A DNA stretch of 64,000 bases from Thecamonas trahens ATCC 50062 (taxonomy: Eukaryota; Protista; Apusomonadida): NCBI RefSeq assembly GCF_000142905.1, contig NW_013657667.1, forward strand, positions 316,801 to 380,800, written 5' to 3'. The notes under the pieces were generated by a model, which made no database searches, was not told the origin of the DNA, and worked only from the letters and a program-made list of their open reading frames with translations. The position numbers and the translations under genes are program-made. Each line of letters begins with the position of its first letter. Positions within the stretch are counted from its first letter, which is position 1. This document shows positions 63,741 through 64,000 of the stretch, piece by piece.

Positions 63741-64000
63741 GGGGGTGGGTGGAGGGAGATGGGAGGGAGGAGAGGGAAGAGGTGTGTGTGTGTGGGGTGT
63801 GTAGGGTGTGTAGGGCGTGTGTGTGGATGGTGTGTGTGTGTATGGTGTGTGTGTGTGTATGGTGTGTGTGGTTCGTAGGGGCAGAAGACGGGCCCGTGGG
63901 GGTTGGAGTGGGGGGCGCACTGACTCACACTCGGACTCGGGCATGTCTGTCGGTGTTGGTGTCGCTCTTGTCGTTGGCTGTTGGTGTGGTCTTTGTTGTG

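Noticed and set aside
62621-64000. Long minus-strand ORFs across the last gap
   Set aside because: Low-complexity, gap-spanning sequence; a possible exon at 63930-64000 with a GTGAGT donor is too short to call
1-64000. tRNA, rRNA and spliceosomal snRNA genes
   Set aside because: No T-loop/cloverleaf, rRNA or U-snRNA signatures recognised; a tRNAscan/Infernal run would be needed to exclude them

Overview
GC-rich, gene-dense, intron-poor eukaryotic nuclear DNA from a draft assembly with three N gaps. The style (flagellar/centrosomal genes, few introns near the 5' ends, long G/C homopolymer tracts) fits a heterotrophic flagellate protist such as an apusomonad (Thecamonas-like); this is inference. 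About 32 protein genes are visible, many in head-to-head pairs with very short or overlapping 3' ends: Cdc25, an RRM protein, DPH7, a CSPP1-like protein, an mS25/MRP49-like protein, ORC2, Prp22/DHX8, DMAP1/Swc4, an SH3 protein, a Kv channel, RPL23A, an atypical aspartokinase, an SLC35F/DMT transporter, GCP2, RFT1, an F-box/LRR protein, ASCC2, BMT2, an FZL/bacterial-type dynamin, a DSP-F-box fusion, a CCR4/Angel-type EEP enzyme, an IQ protein, a BK/Slo channel, a CYB5R4-like protein, a UVR-repeat protein, a degenerate tubulin and a split-CNB protein. A decayed piggyBac element with TTAA sites and imperfect TIRs lies between Prp22 and DMAP1. About a dozen single-base frameshifts at homopolymers are probably sequencing errors and distort the ORF track. 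The best candidates for new biology are: a highly divergent tubulin lacking the GGGTGSG motif and carrying a Cys-rich, disordered N-terminus; a probably mitochondrial FZL-like dynamin; an aspartokinase with altered nucleotide/substrate motifs; and the DSP-F-box, b5-reductase-b5 and giant-insert CNB architectures. All assignments come from motif recognition by eye; no searches were run.
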